A program made the translations under genes and the position numbers. Below the pieces are notes generated by a model that saw nothing but the letters and a program-made list of their open reading frames with translations, was not told the origin of the DNA and did no database searches. Positions 1-9,347 of a DNA stretch of 64,000 bases are shown here, piece after piece (position 1 is the first letter of the stretch; every line of letters starts with the position of its first letter). Source of the DNA: Thermoprotei archaeon (GTDB lineage: Archaea > Thermoproteota > Thermoprotei > Gearchaeales > WAQG01); NCBI GenBank assembly GCA_038881895.1, contig JAVZOV010000004.1, positions 34,521-98,520 on the forward strand, given 5' to 3'.

Positions 1-441
1 TACTCATTAGGCTTAGCAATAAAAAATAACAACGCACAATGGGCTGGTGATGAGGATGGCGGATACATTACTAGTAATACCATACTAGGCTTTGATGCAA
101 TAAGCTCACTTCTTCATATAATTAGTTATATGGCTGAACACAGAATCAAATTGTCAGAAATCGTTGATTCGTTACCATCAATACAATTAATCAGTGATGA
201 ATTGTATTGTCCAGCAAACTTAAGAGGTTCAATTTTAGAGAAACTATATTACAATTACATGAACAATATGACAGATCTCATGAGAGGATTAAGAATAAAA
301 TTTGAAAACGGATGGGTGTTCATCGTCCCATCGTTAGATGAATCGATAATAAAAGTATATGCTGACGCAAAAGAACGAGAATATGCAAAGACATTACTTG
401 AAAAAATAAAGAATGATATACAACAATACATAAGAGAATGA
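1..441 (+). CDS. Phosphoglucomutase/phosphomannomutase family protein, C-terminal part (5' end lies outside the window; frame is open from position 1)
   Basis: C-terminal motif ENGWVFIVPSLDESIIKVYADAKE resembles the PGM/PMM C-terminal domain signature (GW.l.RPSgTEP.irvYaEa). No stop codon between position 1 and the listed ATG at 130 in this frame. Confidence 0.55.
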   Translation, partial: YSLGLAIKNNNAQWAGDEDGGYITSNTILGFDAISSLLHIISYMAEHRIKLSEIVDSLPSIQLISDELYCPANLRGSILEKLYYNYMNNMTDLMRGLRIKFENGWVFIVPSLDESIIKVYADAKEREYAKTLLEKIKNDIQQYIRE

Positions 442-449
442 CACACGTA

Positions 450-605
450 TAAACATAACCCATAGAGCTCATTACCCTGGGATTATAAAGTTATGAGCTA
501 CGCAAATCAGCAGATGAGGGAATGAACATGAAGCTCATCCTAAACGCTGGAAACTCATGACTTCAGTCGCGGAGTAGCGCACTTAGTCACGTTTAGCTAA
601 TAGAA
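450..605. repeat. Short divergent copy (copy C) of the interspersed repeat family, sharing the conserved 3' core ...gaaGyyCATCCTAAACGCTGG...
   Basis: Sequence catagagctcatt...atgaagctcatcctaaacgctggaaactcatgacttcagtcgcggag aligns with the 3' half of the copies at 8761-9012 and 20053-20295. Confidence 0.4.
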
Positions 606-611
606 ATTATA

Positions 612-1403
612 TTAGAGTGTTAAAAATCTTAGTTCATTATTATCCTTTACTAATAATGCTCCTGCATATCCACCATGATATCGACTTGAAAATACTGTTA
701 TTACTAATCCATTAAAATCAATTCTATAACCCTCAGGACAAACTTCATGCCCTCTAACTAGCATATACAGTTCATTTTTCTTTAAAAACTTTTCAGCAAC
801 ATCCATTCCAAAGAGATAGATGCCTGAGCCTCGCGGACTAGGCTCAAAGCCTCTAATATCTGGACTAGGATCATTCCAGAGAATCTGAAATGCTATAGGA
901 TCCCTTGGTTCTTCATCACCTTTTTGTATTTCTGTAATTCTAGAAAGATCCTCTACATCACGAGGAATACCACCATGTAATCCTAATACACCGTTCACCT
1001 TTATAGAATATGGCATCACAGAGAATAATTCTACAAACTGATTATAAAATCCAGAACCTAGTTTTGCCAAAATTTCCTCATAAAATCCATAGTAATAATT
1101 AGTAATCGGGCTTTCATGATTACCACGCAACACTATAATGTGTTCTGGATCTCTTAGTTTGGCTGTCAGTATAAGTCCAAGATTATCAAGTCCTGTATCA
1201 CTTCTATCCACATAATCGCCAAGAAATACTATTAAATCAACAACACCCCGATACTCCCGAAGAACTTTCTGTGTAACATCTACAGCGCCATGCGTATCAC
1301 CTACAAAGAGCGCAGATTTAGCAGTAGTCTCTATTAAACTAGGTTCATCCATAAAACGTTGTATTGATTCATGTATGAGATCATCTAAATTATTAAAAAC
1401 CAT
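612..1403 (-). CDS. Ser/Thr protein phosphatase, PPP-family metallophosphoesterase (archaeal PP1-like)
   Basis: GDTHG, GDYVDR and GNHE motifs in canonical order. Listed ORF starts at TTG (1412); an ATG three codons downstream (MVFNNLDD) is the more likely start. Confidence 0.8.
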   Translation of the reverse strand: MVFNNLDDLIHESIQRFMDEPSLIETTAKSALFVGDTHGAVDVTQKVLREYRGVVDLIVFLGDYVDRSDTGLDNLGLILTAKLRDPEHIIVLRGNHESPITNYYYGFYEEILAKLGSGFYNQFVELFSVMPYSIKVNGVLGLHGGIPRDVEDLSRITEIQKGDEEPRDPIAFQILWNDPSPDIRGFEPSPRGSGIYLFGMDVAEKFLKKNELYMLVRGHEVCPEGYRIDFNGLVITVFSSRYHGGYAGALLVKDNNELRFLTL

Positions 1404-1482
1404 TTCTCTCAATAAATAAAAAATAGGCAGCTATTTATTTCTGTATGTATAATTATCTAATGATACATGGTGTGATAATGAG

Positions 1483-2385
1483 ATGTATATGACACGTATA
1501 ACATTAGAATTTATACCCGAATCCACTATTACCATAGATGGTTTTACATCAACAGTATCGAAACTCATACTTAAAAATGTACAGAATTATGAAACTACAA
1601 TTTTAGATATTATTACTAACAATGCATTAAGCAACTTAACAGTATCACCTATCATGAGTAATAATAAGCCCATATATAAATTTCAGAATCCACGAAAAAA
1701 ATCATCGTTAGTTTCACTATATGAGAATAAAAAATATGTCTTTCATGTATCATTTTTATCTAAAAATCCTATTAACGAATTACAAGACTTTCTTGCAAAA
1801 AATATATCAAGCAGTTGGCGCATTTCACTTTATAATACTGACATCCTCTTGGCAGCATCGCAAGTTAAAAGCGTCAATATCAATGAATTGTTAATAAATA
1901 TTACAGGTGATTTCAGGGTAGACTTCATAACACCAACGCAATTTGTAATCAAAATACCAATGCCCACCACAAAATCATGGTTAAGACTATTTCCGCTTTC
2001 TCATACCCTAATATCAAGCATCACATCACACTGGAATAAACATGTTCCAAATGAAATGAAAATCGATGTGGAGAATATAAGTAAAATATCATACAGCTAC
2101 ATACATGAAGCTGGATATCATTTAAACCCAGTAACAATTGTGATACGAGATAACAGCCATAAACACGTGATACGAGGGTTCATAGGTTGGTGTGTATATA
2201 AAGTTGATGAAAGACTCAACCTCAAAACAAGAAACGTTATAGCAAGACTCTTAGCATATGCAGAATTTATCGGTGTTGGTAAAGGAAAAGAAATGGGACT
2301 AGGCATGATAAAAGTGAGACCAGGAAAAATCATACATGAAACACAGAGCGAACAACAAGAAGAAATCATAAAAAATATAGGTTAA
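1483..2385 (+). CDS. Cas6-like RAMP endoribonuclease candidate (orphan, no CRISPR array nearby)
   Basis: C-terminal glycine-rich loop GVGKGKEMGLGMIKV matches the Cas6 G-h-G-x5-G-h-G signature; central FITPTQF motif; length 300 aa. No repeat-spacer array anywhere in the window. Confidence 0.45.
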   Translation: MYMTRITLEFIPESTITIDGFTSTVSKLILKNVQNYETTILDIITNNALSNLTVSPIMSNNKPIYKFQNPRKKSSLVSLYENKKYVFHVSFLSKNPINELQDFLAKNISSSWRISLYNTDILLAASQVKSVNINELLINITGDFRVDFITPTQFVIKIPMPTTKSWLRLFPLSHTLISSITSHWNKHVPNEMKIDVENISKISYSYIHEAGYHLNPVTIVIRDNSHKHVIRGFIGWCVYKVDERLNLKTRNVIARLLAYAEFIGVGKGKEMGLGMIKVRPGKIIHETQSEQQEEIIKNIG

Positions 2386-2462
2386 AATAATCTAATAAAA
2401 GTCGTTATAACTAACATGCAATAAGTTAAATATGTAGTAAAACTATAATACTATGATATTCA

Positions 2463-3965
2463 ATGCCAGGTTTTACGGTCTATGGTAAGAACGGAATTGT
2501 TGTGTCACAAAATTATCATGCATCAATGGCTGGGATTAAAATACTTGAGAACGGAGGAAACGCATTCGATGCGGCAATTACAATAAGTTCAGTTCTTTCA
2601 GTAGTAATTCCTCACACTGGTGGATTAGGCGGTGATGGTTTTATACTCGCAATAACACCGGATAGTATTATAGGTTATAATGGTTCAGGTCCTGCTCCTT
2701 CAGGGTTCGATGAAAAGGAATACATAAACATTAAACCAATACGTGGACCACTAACCATTACAATACCAGGCTTAGTAGACTTATGGCGATGGATTTATGA
2801 CAAGTATTGCACAAAAGGTCTTGAAGAACTACTTTCACAAGCAATATCGTTAGCAGTTAACGGATTCCCAGTTAGTGATGAATTGGCGCGCGCTACGGAA
2901 GCTTCGAAAAATACTCTTGCCGCTTATCAAGGTTGGAATAGATTGTACGGAAATCTAAAATCTGGTGATTGGTTCATACAAAAAGATCTAGGTGAGGTAT
3001 TGAAAAAAATAGGTAAATTTGGACCTGAAGAATTTTACAAAGGAGAACTTGCAGGAGAATTAATTAGTGGTTTAAGAGCACAGGATGTGCCGATAGACAT
3101 TAGAGATTTGAGAGTTTATAAAGGCGAACAAGTCAGACCGTTAAGATCAGAATATAGAAATTATGACGTTTATGAATTACCACCCAATACCCAAGGCATT
3201 ACAACACTTGAAATTCTGTCTATGATAGAAGAATCTAATGTTGATAAGTTAGATTTTAACGATACACAAAGAATTGCATTGCAATTAAAAATCGCAGGAT
3301 TAGCGTATGAAGATCGCGATACGTTTTTAGGAGATCCAAGATTTTTCCAAATACCTGTCGAGAAACTTCTCTCTAAAAATTATCTAAGAAACAGAATACA
3401 AAAGAAACAAGGTAATATACTAAAAGATGCCGATACAACATTCTTTGCAGTTGCTGATAGGTTTGGTAACATGGTAGGATTCATTCAAAGTCTCTTTTAC
3501 CCATTTGGGTCAGGAATAGTAGTTAAAGGAATACCGTTTCAAAATAGAGGTGTAGGATTCGCTAAATCCCTCTCATCTCCAAATAGACCAGGTAAAGGCA
3601 GAAGACCCCTCCATACACTTTCAATACTTCTAGCAGAAAAAGGTGAACGAAAACTTATTATTGGATGTGCAGGTGGAGATTTACGACCTCAAATTCATTC
3701 TGAAATACTTGAAAATATTATTAGCTATAACATGAAAATTTCCAAAGCTGTAGACGCACCAAGGTTTATGTTAACTGAGTGGAATAAACACTTTACTGCA
3801 ATTATTGAAGGAAGGTTATCATTACCAAAAAGTAATGAGATAAAAATAGAAACATTACCATATTACAGTAGCAGTGTAGGGATAGCAAACGTAATCGAAT
3901 ATACACAAGGGATGTACGCTGCCACATCTGATCCAAGAAGTGAAGGAGTCGCTATGGCAATATAA
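2463..3965 (+). CDS. ggt: Gamma-glutamyltransferase (Ntn-hydrolase family)
   Basis: TGGLGGDGF motif and putative Thr nucleophile context DTTFFAVADRFGNMV; 500 aa. Confidence 0.8.
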   Translation: MPGFTVYGKNGIVVSQNYHASMAGIKILENGGNAFDAAITISSVLSVVIPHTGGLGGDGFILAITPDSIIGYNGSGPAPSGFDEKEYINIKPIRGPLTITIPGLVDLWRWIYDKYCTKGLEELLSQAISLAVNGFPVSDELARATEASKNTLAAYQGWNRLYGNLKSGDWFIQKDLGEVLKKIGKFGPEEFYKGELAGELISGLRAQDVPIDIRDLRVYKGEQVRPLRSEYRNYDVYELPPNTQGITTLEILSMIEESNVDKLDFNDTQRIALQLKIAGLAYEDRDTFLGDPRFFQIPVEKLLSKNYLRNRIQKKQGNILKDADTTFFAVADRFGNMVGFIQSLFYPFGSGIVVKGIPFQNRGVGFAKSLSSPNRPGKGRRPLHTLSILLAEKGERKLIIGCAGGDLRPQIHSEILENIISYNMKISKAVDAPRFMLTEWNKHFTAIIEGRLSLPKSNEIKIETLPYYSSSVGIANVIEYTQGMYAATSDPRSEGVAMAI

Positions 3966-5123
3966 TCATGTAACTTTCACCTCAATTTTTTGCAGTATTT
4001 TTCTTAGTATGTCGATGGTGTTTCTTATATCATCGTATGTTATCATGTATGGTGGTAAAAATCTAACAGTAGTTACTCCAGCTTTAAGCGATAAGATCTT
4101 TTCCTCTTGAAGTGTCTTTATGATACTTGATGGGTTTGTACGCATATCGATTCCTATCATAAATCCAATTCCTCTAATATCACGCACAATATCAAAATCT
4201 TTTAAATTAACCTTAAGTAGATTAATAAAATCCTTTCCCTTCTCTCTAACATTATTAGTTACATTATCGCTTTTTAAAACTCTTACTGATGCAGTAACAG
4301 CAGCCATAGCAAGAGGATTTCCACCGTATGTACTGCCGTGATCACCTTCATCCAGCTTACTGGCAATCCAATCTGGCATGAATACTGCACTCACTGGAAA
4401 ACCTCCGCCAATGGCCTTACCAGCAGCCATTATATCTGGTTTTGTATTAAAATGTTGATGCGCCCATATTTTTCCAGTCCTTCCAAATCCACTCTGAATT
4501 TCATCTACTATAAGAATACTACCAGTATCATCAGCAATATCCCTCAAAGCTTTCATAAAATCTGGCTGTGCGGGTATAACGCCTCCTTCACCTTGGACTG
4601 GTTCGACTATTATTCCTGCAACAGTATCGTTCACAACCTTTAATGATTCAATATTATTGAATTCAGCAAATATAACATCACTCATAAGGGGTTCGAAAGG
4701 TTCTCTATACTTTTTATTCCATGTAAGGGATAAAGCTGCAAAAGTCCTGCCGTGAAAAGAATTTTTAAAAGCAACAAATTTCTTTCTTTTTGTGACCTTT
4801 TTAGCAATTTTCACTGCCAATTCTATAGCTTCACTACCACTATTTAAAAGAAAAACATTATTAAGGTCATCAGGTTTCACGTATTCAAGTTCATTTAACA
4901 TTTCATCACGTATTGATGATGAGAAAGCTGTAGACAAAGTCATTATTTCGTTCATTTGTCTACTTAAATATTCAATAACAACTTTATTCCTATGACCAAG
5001 AAAAGCCACACCATGCCCAGTATGTAAATCAAGATATTTGACACCATTTTCATCCCATACGTACTGATCCTTACCCTTAACAATTTTAAGTCCTCTATTA
5101 CCAAAAAAACTAATTAATTTCAA
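3966..5123 (-). CDS. lysJ: Class-III aminotransferase, LysJ/ArgD type
   Basis: PLP-dependent aminotransferase fold with a lysine-containing motif ([13 protein letters not shown]); last gene of the lysWXJ unit. Confidence 0.8.
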   Translation of the reverse strand: MKLISFFGNRGLKIVKGKDQYVWDENGVKYLDLHTGHGVAFLGHRNKVVIEYLSRQMNEIMTLSTAFSSSIRDEMLNELEYVKPDDLNNVFLLNSGSEAIELAVKIAKKVTKRKKFVAFKNSFHGRTFAALSLTWNKKYREPFEPLMSDVIFAEFNNIESLKVVNDTVAGIIVEPVQGEGGVIPAQPDFMKALRDIADDTGSILIVDEIQSGFGRTGKIWAHQHFNTKPDIMAAGKAIGGGFPVSAVFMPDWIASKLDEGDHGSTYGGNPLAMAAVTASVRVLKSDNVTNNVREKGKDFINLLKVNLKDFDIVRDIRGIGFMIGIDMRTNPSSIIKTLQEEKILSLKAGVTTVRFLPPYMITYDDIRNTIDILRKILQKIEVKVT

Positions 5124-5977
5124 CGTTTAACAGCCTCTACTATTTTTTCTAACAGTTTACCAGAAACGTTGAACCCGGTTACGCGTACAGTATTTTTATA
5201 CTCGGGAATTCCATTAACTTCATCAACTAAATATCCTCGTGATGGGTCTTCGAAAATATCAATACCCAAAAATAGACCACCCACACTTTCTTTAACTTTC
5301 AAAGATAAATCGATTAATTTATCATCAATCTTTAATGGCTCTGCCCTTGCGCCCAGCGCAGTATTTGTTCTCCAATCCTTTTCATTAACCCTGTATATAC
5401 CCACAGGAACTTCATCACCAATTACAAAAATCCTTATATCCCTATTAGGTTTTCTCACATATTCTTGGATGTAAAAGATATTTTTAAACAATGCGTTTGA
5501 ATATTCCTGGTATTCTAAAAGACTTTTTAATGAATTCTCGTCATCAGCTTTCGCAACCATCCGACCCCAACTGCCATTAACCGGCTTAATAACAACAGGA
5601 TATCCAATCTTTTGAGCCAATTTTATAGCTTCATCCCTATTATAAGCTATTCCAGTTCTAGGCACAGGTATATTATTTTTAGCTAATATTGCAGTAGTGT
5701 ATATTTTGTTCTCACATACTTCTAGTACACGGGATGGATTAACAACAAACAATAATTTTGATTCAAAAAGAATAGTAGAAGTGTACGCTCTGCTATGGCT
5801 AACTCCTCTTTGAATCACAGCATTAATATCTAAGTTTAATCCATCATTTATATTAACAAAAAAATCTTTTAGATAAATTGGTGTGATCTTAATTTGCCGA
5901 TTTTTTGCTTCATTGATTATATCATTTTCTTCCCATCGTAAAAAGTCGTATGCTATTCCTAATTTCACTCTCCCCAA
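5120..5977 (-). CDS. lysX: ATP-grasp ligase LysX (alpha-aminoadipate--LysW ligase, RimK-like)
   Basis: RimK/ATP-grasp architecture; TTG start overlapping the lysW stop; sits between lysW and lysJ. Confidence 0.8.
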   Translation of the reverse strand: MGRVKLGIAYDFLRWEENDIINEAKNRQIKITPIYLKDFFVNINDGLNLDINAVIQRGVSHSRAYTSTILFESKLLFVVNPSRVLEVCENKIYTTAILAKNNIPVPRTGIAYNRDEAIKLAQKIGYPVVIKPVNGSWGRMVAKADDENSLKSLLEYQEYSNALFKNIFYIQEYVRKPNRDIRIFVIGDEVPVGIYRVNEKDWRTNTALGARAEPLKIDDKLIDLSLKVKESVGGLFLGIDIFEDPSRGYLVDEVNGIPEYKNTVRVTGFNVSGKLLEKIVEAVKR

Positions 5978-6129
5978 TCCTCTCCAATCTCTGCTAGCTT
6001 CAGTACAAGACCACCATCATTTACATGCACTTCTAATACTGCACCACAACTGTGTTCTATGATTTCTCCTGGTAATGCATCATCTGGAACTTTTACATTT
6101 CCACCACATAATGGGCATCGAGTGATCAT
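5965..6129 (-). CDS. lysW: Amino-group carrier protein LysW (54 aa); below the ORF-track size cut-off
   Basis: Manual translation of complement(5965..6129): [54 protein letters not shown]. Zn-ribbon CPxCG...C.xG and the characteristic C-terminal EDWGE; GGAGGTG Shine-Dalgarno-like motif 7 nt upstream of the ATG. Confidence 0.8.
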   Translation of the reverse strand: MITRCPLCGGNVKVPDDALPGEIIEHSCGAVLEVHVNDGGLVLKLAEIGEDWGE

Positions 6130-6138
6130 TGCCGTTGT

Positions 6139-6180
6139 CACCTCCGAGCTCTAATATATTTTGGTACGATAAATAAAAGG
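6139..6180 (-). promoter_or_regulatory. Putative lysW promoter region (TATA-like ttttatttat about 45 nt upstream of the lysW ATG, plus SD-like GGAGGTG)
   Basis: AT-rich TATA-like element and SD-like sequence read on the minus strand upstream of lysW; position fits an internal promoter downstream of lysM. Confidence 0.3.
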
Positions 6181-6228
6181 ATTTTTATTAAAAATTGTTC
6201 GAAATAAAAATAATCCCGCATGTACATG

Positions 6229-6669
6229 TTACAACCACGTTCTTAAAACAATTATACTGTTCGTACCAGAAACTCCCTCAATACTTCTTATAGCATCGAT
6301 GCTTTTATTGACCATTGTAATGTTGTTTCCTCTTATTATAACTAATATGTCATAATCTCCAGTAGTTTCATAAACTGTCTCTACACCATCAATAGCTATG
6401 ATCTTCTTCGAAACCTCTGGTGTACTTATTGGAGGTGTTGTTTTCACCATCACAACTGCCCTTACCTCATTCTTTAGCTCATAATCGATCGTAAATCTTT
6501 TTATTACACCCATTCGTATTAACTTTTCTACTCTCTTTCTTACAGCAGCTTCGCTCACATTTAGCTCTCTTGCTATCACAGTATATGGTGTTCGCACATT
6601 CTTTCTCAAAATACTAAGTATTCTCAAATCCTTCTCATCAACCTTATTCAATAACAGTCCCCCCATCAT
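6229..6669 (-). CDS. lysM: Lrp/AsnC-family transcriptional regulator of the lysine operon (LysM-like)
   Basis: N-terminal HTH (RILSILRKNVRTPYTVIARELNVSEAAVRKRVEKL) plus RAM domain; located between lysZ and lysW as in Sulfolobales lys clusters. Confidence 0.75.
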   Translation of the reverse strand: MMGGLLLNKVDEKDLRILSILRKNVRTPYTVIARELNVSEAAVRKRVEKLIRMGVIKRFTIDYELKNEVRAVVMVKTTPPISTPEVSKKIIAIDGVETVYETTGDYDILVIIRGNNITMVNKSIDAIRSIEGVSGTNSIIVLRTWL

Positions 6670-7435
6670 TTAATGCATTATTTATAGGATCATCCACTAA
6701 ACCAGACGATATTACCACCTTACGCACCCCAGCATTAACAGCTTCAGACCCCATAAGAAGTTTTCTATTCATGCCAGGACTAATCTTAGAGGCCATTTCT
6801 ATTGCTTCATTAGCAGAAAAGTGCTTCACTATTTTATTGTTAAAAATCACACCATCAACGTCAGTAAGAAAAATCAGCTTTTCAACCTTACCGCTTATAG
6901 CTATAACTTTTGCTACTTGATCACCATCAACGTTAAGAGGAACACGTTCAGAAACATCTATAGCCACTGGAGAGATCACAACAACATCAACAAGACTAAG
7001 TAAAGCATTAAGTAAACTGAAATTCACATCATTGATCTTCCCAGTATAGCCACCATCGATGGCTCGCTTACGCCCACGCTCATCAATAATTATAACCTTT
7101 TTCTTTCGAACAGCAGTGAAAAGAGGACCATCAACACCAGTAACACCTATAACCTTTTTACCAAAACCAATTAACATTGACGTAATCATTTTGTTTATTA
7201 AACTCATCACCATAACATAAACATCTAACTCCTCACGAGACGTATAACGACTCACAACACCTTCAGGTGACATAATAAATTTAGGTTCAATACTCATCCT
7301 TTTACTATACTCAGTCACTTGATCTCCACCACCATGAACAAGAATTAGTTTTCCCTGATAAGATACAATACTCTTAACCAACTTATCCAAATTATTTTTA
7401 ATAACCCTACCGCCAACTTTCACAACAATAACCAT
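6644..7435 (-). CDS. lysZ: Amino-acid kinase family protein, LysZ/ArgB type (LysW-gamma-aminoadipate kinase)
   Basis: VVKVGG...VHGGG amino-acid kinase N-terminus; operon context. Confidence 0.8.
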   Translation of the reverse strand: MVIVVKVGGRVIKNNLDKLVKSIVSYQGKLILVHGGGDQVTEYSKRMSIEPKFIMSPEGVVSRYTSREELDVYVMVMSLINKMITSMLIGFGKKVIGVTGVDGPLFTAVRKKKVIIIDERGRKRAIDGGYTGKINDVNFSLLNALLSLVDVVVISPVAIDVSERVPLNVDGDQVAKVIAISGKVEKLIFLTDVDGVIFNNKIVKHFSANEAIEMASKISPGMNRKLLMGSEAVNAGVRKVVISSGLVDDPINNALNDGGTVIE

Positions 7436-7438
7436 TGT

Positions 7439-8482
7439 TCACACCGGCCTTAAAGGAGGCATCATGAGACCTTCCCCTTCATCAAAACCCATAGATATGT
7501 TAAACGCTTGAACCGCCTGTCCGGCACCACCCTTAATTAGATTATCTAACGCTGCAAACATGGTAACTCTGTTAACACGCTTCTCAAAGGCAAACCCAAT
7601 ATCAGCAAAATTACTCCCAACCACATACTTTGGATCTGGATACGGAGGAAAACCTTTAACAATACGAATAAACTTTTTATCTTTATAAAATCCTGAGACA
7701 ATTTTTAATAAATCCAAATTACTCAATGCATTTTTAACCCAAATATGTGCAGAAGCCAACACACCTCTCACACTGCCTACAGCATGAGGAATAAGGCTTA
7801 CCTTCACAACATTCTTAGAAAATCGATTTAATTCTTGTTCAACCTCAGCTACGTGCCTATGTCCCTCAGCTTCATAAGGTCTAATAGCATGTTCACGTTC
7901 CGGATGATGACTACCCATAGTAGGTTTAGAACCACTCTCGCTGCTGCCAGCTTTTATATCAACAATAACATTATCATAAATTAAACTATTAGCTGCGAGA
8001 GGTGCCAAGGCTAGTATAGAGGCAGTTGCATTACAACCCGGAGATGCTATCAAGCTAGCATTCCGCAACTCATCAAAATGTAATTCAGGTAGCCCATAAA
8101 CAGCCTTAGTCAGGAGATCAGGTTGAGGATGTTCGATTCCATACCAAATCTTATAGAGCTCAGGATCTTTAAGCCTATAATCAGCACTAAGATCAATCAC
8201 TCGCAAACCAACATTTAAAAGGTTTGGAACCAAAGTCATCGAGACACCATGTGGTACAGACAAAAACACTACATCCGATAGGTTCGTTAACTTATTTATA
8301 TCATATTCTGAAAACTTCAAAGAATAAAATCCTCTTAAGTTTGGATGCACAAAAGTTATAGGTTTTCCAACGTATTCTTTAGAAGTCACATAAGTCACTT
8401 CGACTTTCGAATGACTAGCTAAGATCCTTAATAACTCTCCTCCATTATAACCCGAACCACCAACTATGGAAACTCTAACCAT
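7439..8482 (-). CDS. lysY: N-acetyl-gamma-glutamyl-phosphate reductase-type enzyme, LysY/ArgC
   Basis: NAD(P)-binding VSIVGGSGYNGGEL N-terminus and catalytic Cys motif SPGCNATA; the likely start is the ATG at 8482 (MVRVSIVGG), inside the longer listed ORF. Confidence 0.8.
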   Translation of the reverse strand: MVRVSIVGGSGYNGGELLRILASHSKVEVTYVTSKEYVGKPITFVHPNLRGFYSLKFSEYDINKLTNLSDVVFLSVPHGVSMTLVPNLLNVGLRVIDLSADYRLKDPELYKIWYGIEHPQPDLLTKAVYGLPELHFDELRNASLIASPGCNATASILALAPLAANSLIYDNVIVDIKAGSSESGSKPTMGSHHPEREHAIRPYEAEGHRHVAEVEQELNRFSKNVVKVSLIPHAVGSVRGVLASAHIWVKNALSNLDLLKIVSGFYKDKKFIRIVKGFPPYPDPKYVVGSNFADIGFAFEKRVNRVTMFAALDNLIKGGAGQAVQAFNISMGFDEGEGLMMPPLRPV

Positions 8483-8760
8483 AAATACTAAAAATAACTC
8501 CAAAATAAAACATTTTTGTTACATTAAGAACAAAAAGAAAAAACAATAAAACAAATAAAACATTAAAAGCAAACATCACAAGTTTTACAAAAATGAATTA
8601 CACTACTAGCTTGTTATACTAAAGGAAGGAACTATAACCTCAAGTTGAATACCTCAATTATACTAACAATATTATCACGGAACTAAAGTTTAGTCTCTTG
8701 CTGAATTTCTGTAAAGGGGAAATAGGAAATAAAATTTTCTTAAAAATTTCATTTTTATAA

Positions 8761-9012
8761 TGATGAGTCCCAGAAAGCTTAGAGCTTTGCTGGGATGAAT
8801 GGGCAAAGTTTATGATGTTAACCCACTAATTTAAATGTTCCAGATGTGAATGGAAAGAATTTCGTCTGAATTGGAGCGAAAACATAGTCCATAGGATAAT
8901 AAGCTTTATGAGATAGTTGAGTTGTGAGACTCGCAAACCAGCAAATAAAGAAATGAGTGTGAAGTCCATCCTAAACGCTGGGAGTCCCTGCTTTAGCTGT
9001 GGAGAGGTTCGC
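8761..9012. repeat. Interspersed ~240-bp repeat, copy A (near-identical to copy B at 20053-20295)
   Basis: Shares a 5' palindrome (AAAGCTtagAGCTTT) followed by ctgggatgaatgggcaaag, and a 3' core gcaaaccagcaaataaagaaatgagtgtgaagtccatcctaaacgctgg, with copy B. Confidence 0.6.
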
Positions 9013-9310
9013 TACATTGACATTCTCCGTGGCTGAAGCCAGGAGATTCTCGGTTTGTCGTGGGGCCTCCACTCATCCTACCGAGTTCGGGCTGTGCCAA
9101 GGCAGCCCCTGCCATGAGCATATAGCCCATAGCCCGCTCGCTGGAACCCCCCCACCCGTCTTGGATGGGAGCCTTATTCCAGCTTTCGGACGTCCCATCC
9201 ACATCCGAGCGACACGCTCAAGGAGATGGTGGACTTGGATGAATATAAACTTAACGGCGATTCATCTCCACGACTGAAGTCGGAAGCCTTCTCGCCGAAA
9301 GAGTGGTAAC
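9013..9310 (-). pseudogene. tnpB: Decayed tnpB 3'-end remnant. The first ~125 bp is homologous to the 3' end and right end of the intact tnpB at 52797-52921; the rest is GC-rich with no intact ORF
   Basis: 9017-9137 aligns at high identity with 52801-52921, differing mainly in a ~22-nt central segment. The minus-strand frame encodes ...RAMGYMLMAGAALAQPELG, the same C-terminal peptide as the intact TnpB. No TnpB-like upstream reading frame. GC content is far above the flanks. Confidence 0.55.
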
Positions 9311-9347
9311 CTATTAATATTTAAGGTATTGATTTTAATTATAGAAT

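Noticed and set aside
8790-8880. C/D-box sRNA interpretation of the repeat's 5' module (ATGAATG / ATGATG / CTGA elements)
   Set aside because: Box spacing and the absence of a terminal stem do not fit canonical C/D RNAs well, and the element is far longer than typical archaeal C/D sRNAs; left as an unclassified repeat.
8993-9277. Two overlapping GC-rich ORFs on opposite strands (8993..9202 minus, 8999..9277 plus)
   Set aside because: They lie inside the tnpB 3' remnant; the minus-strand frame merely continues the residual TnpB C-terminal peptide and the plus-strand frame has no recognisable features. Treated as non-coding.
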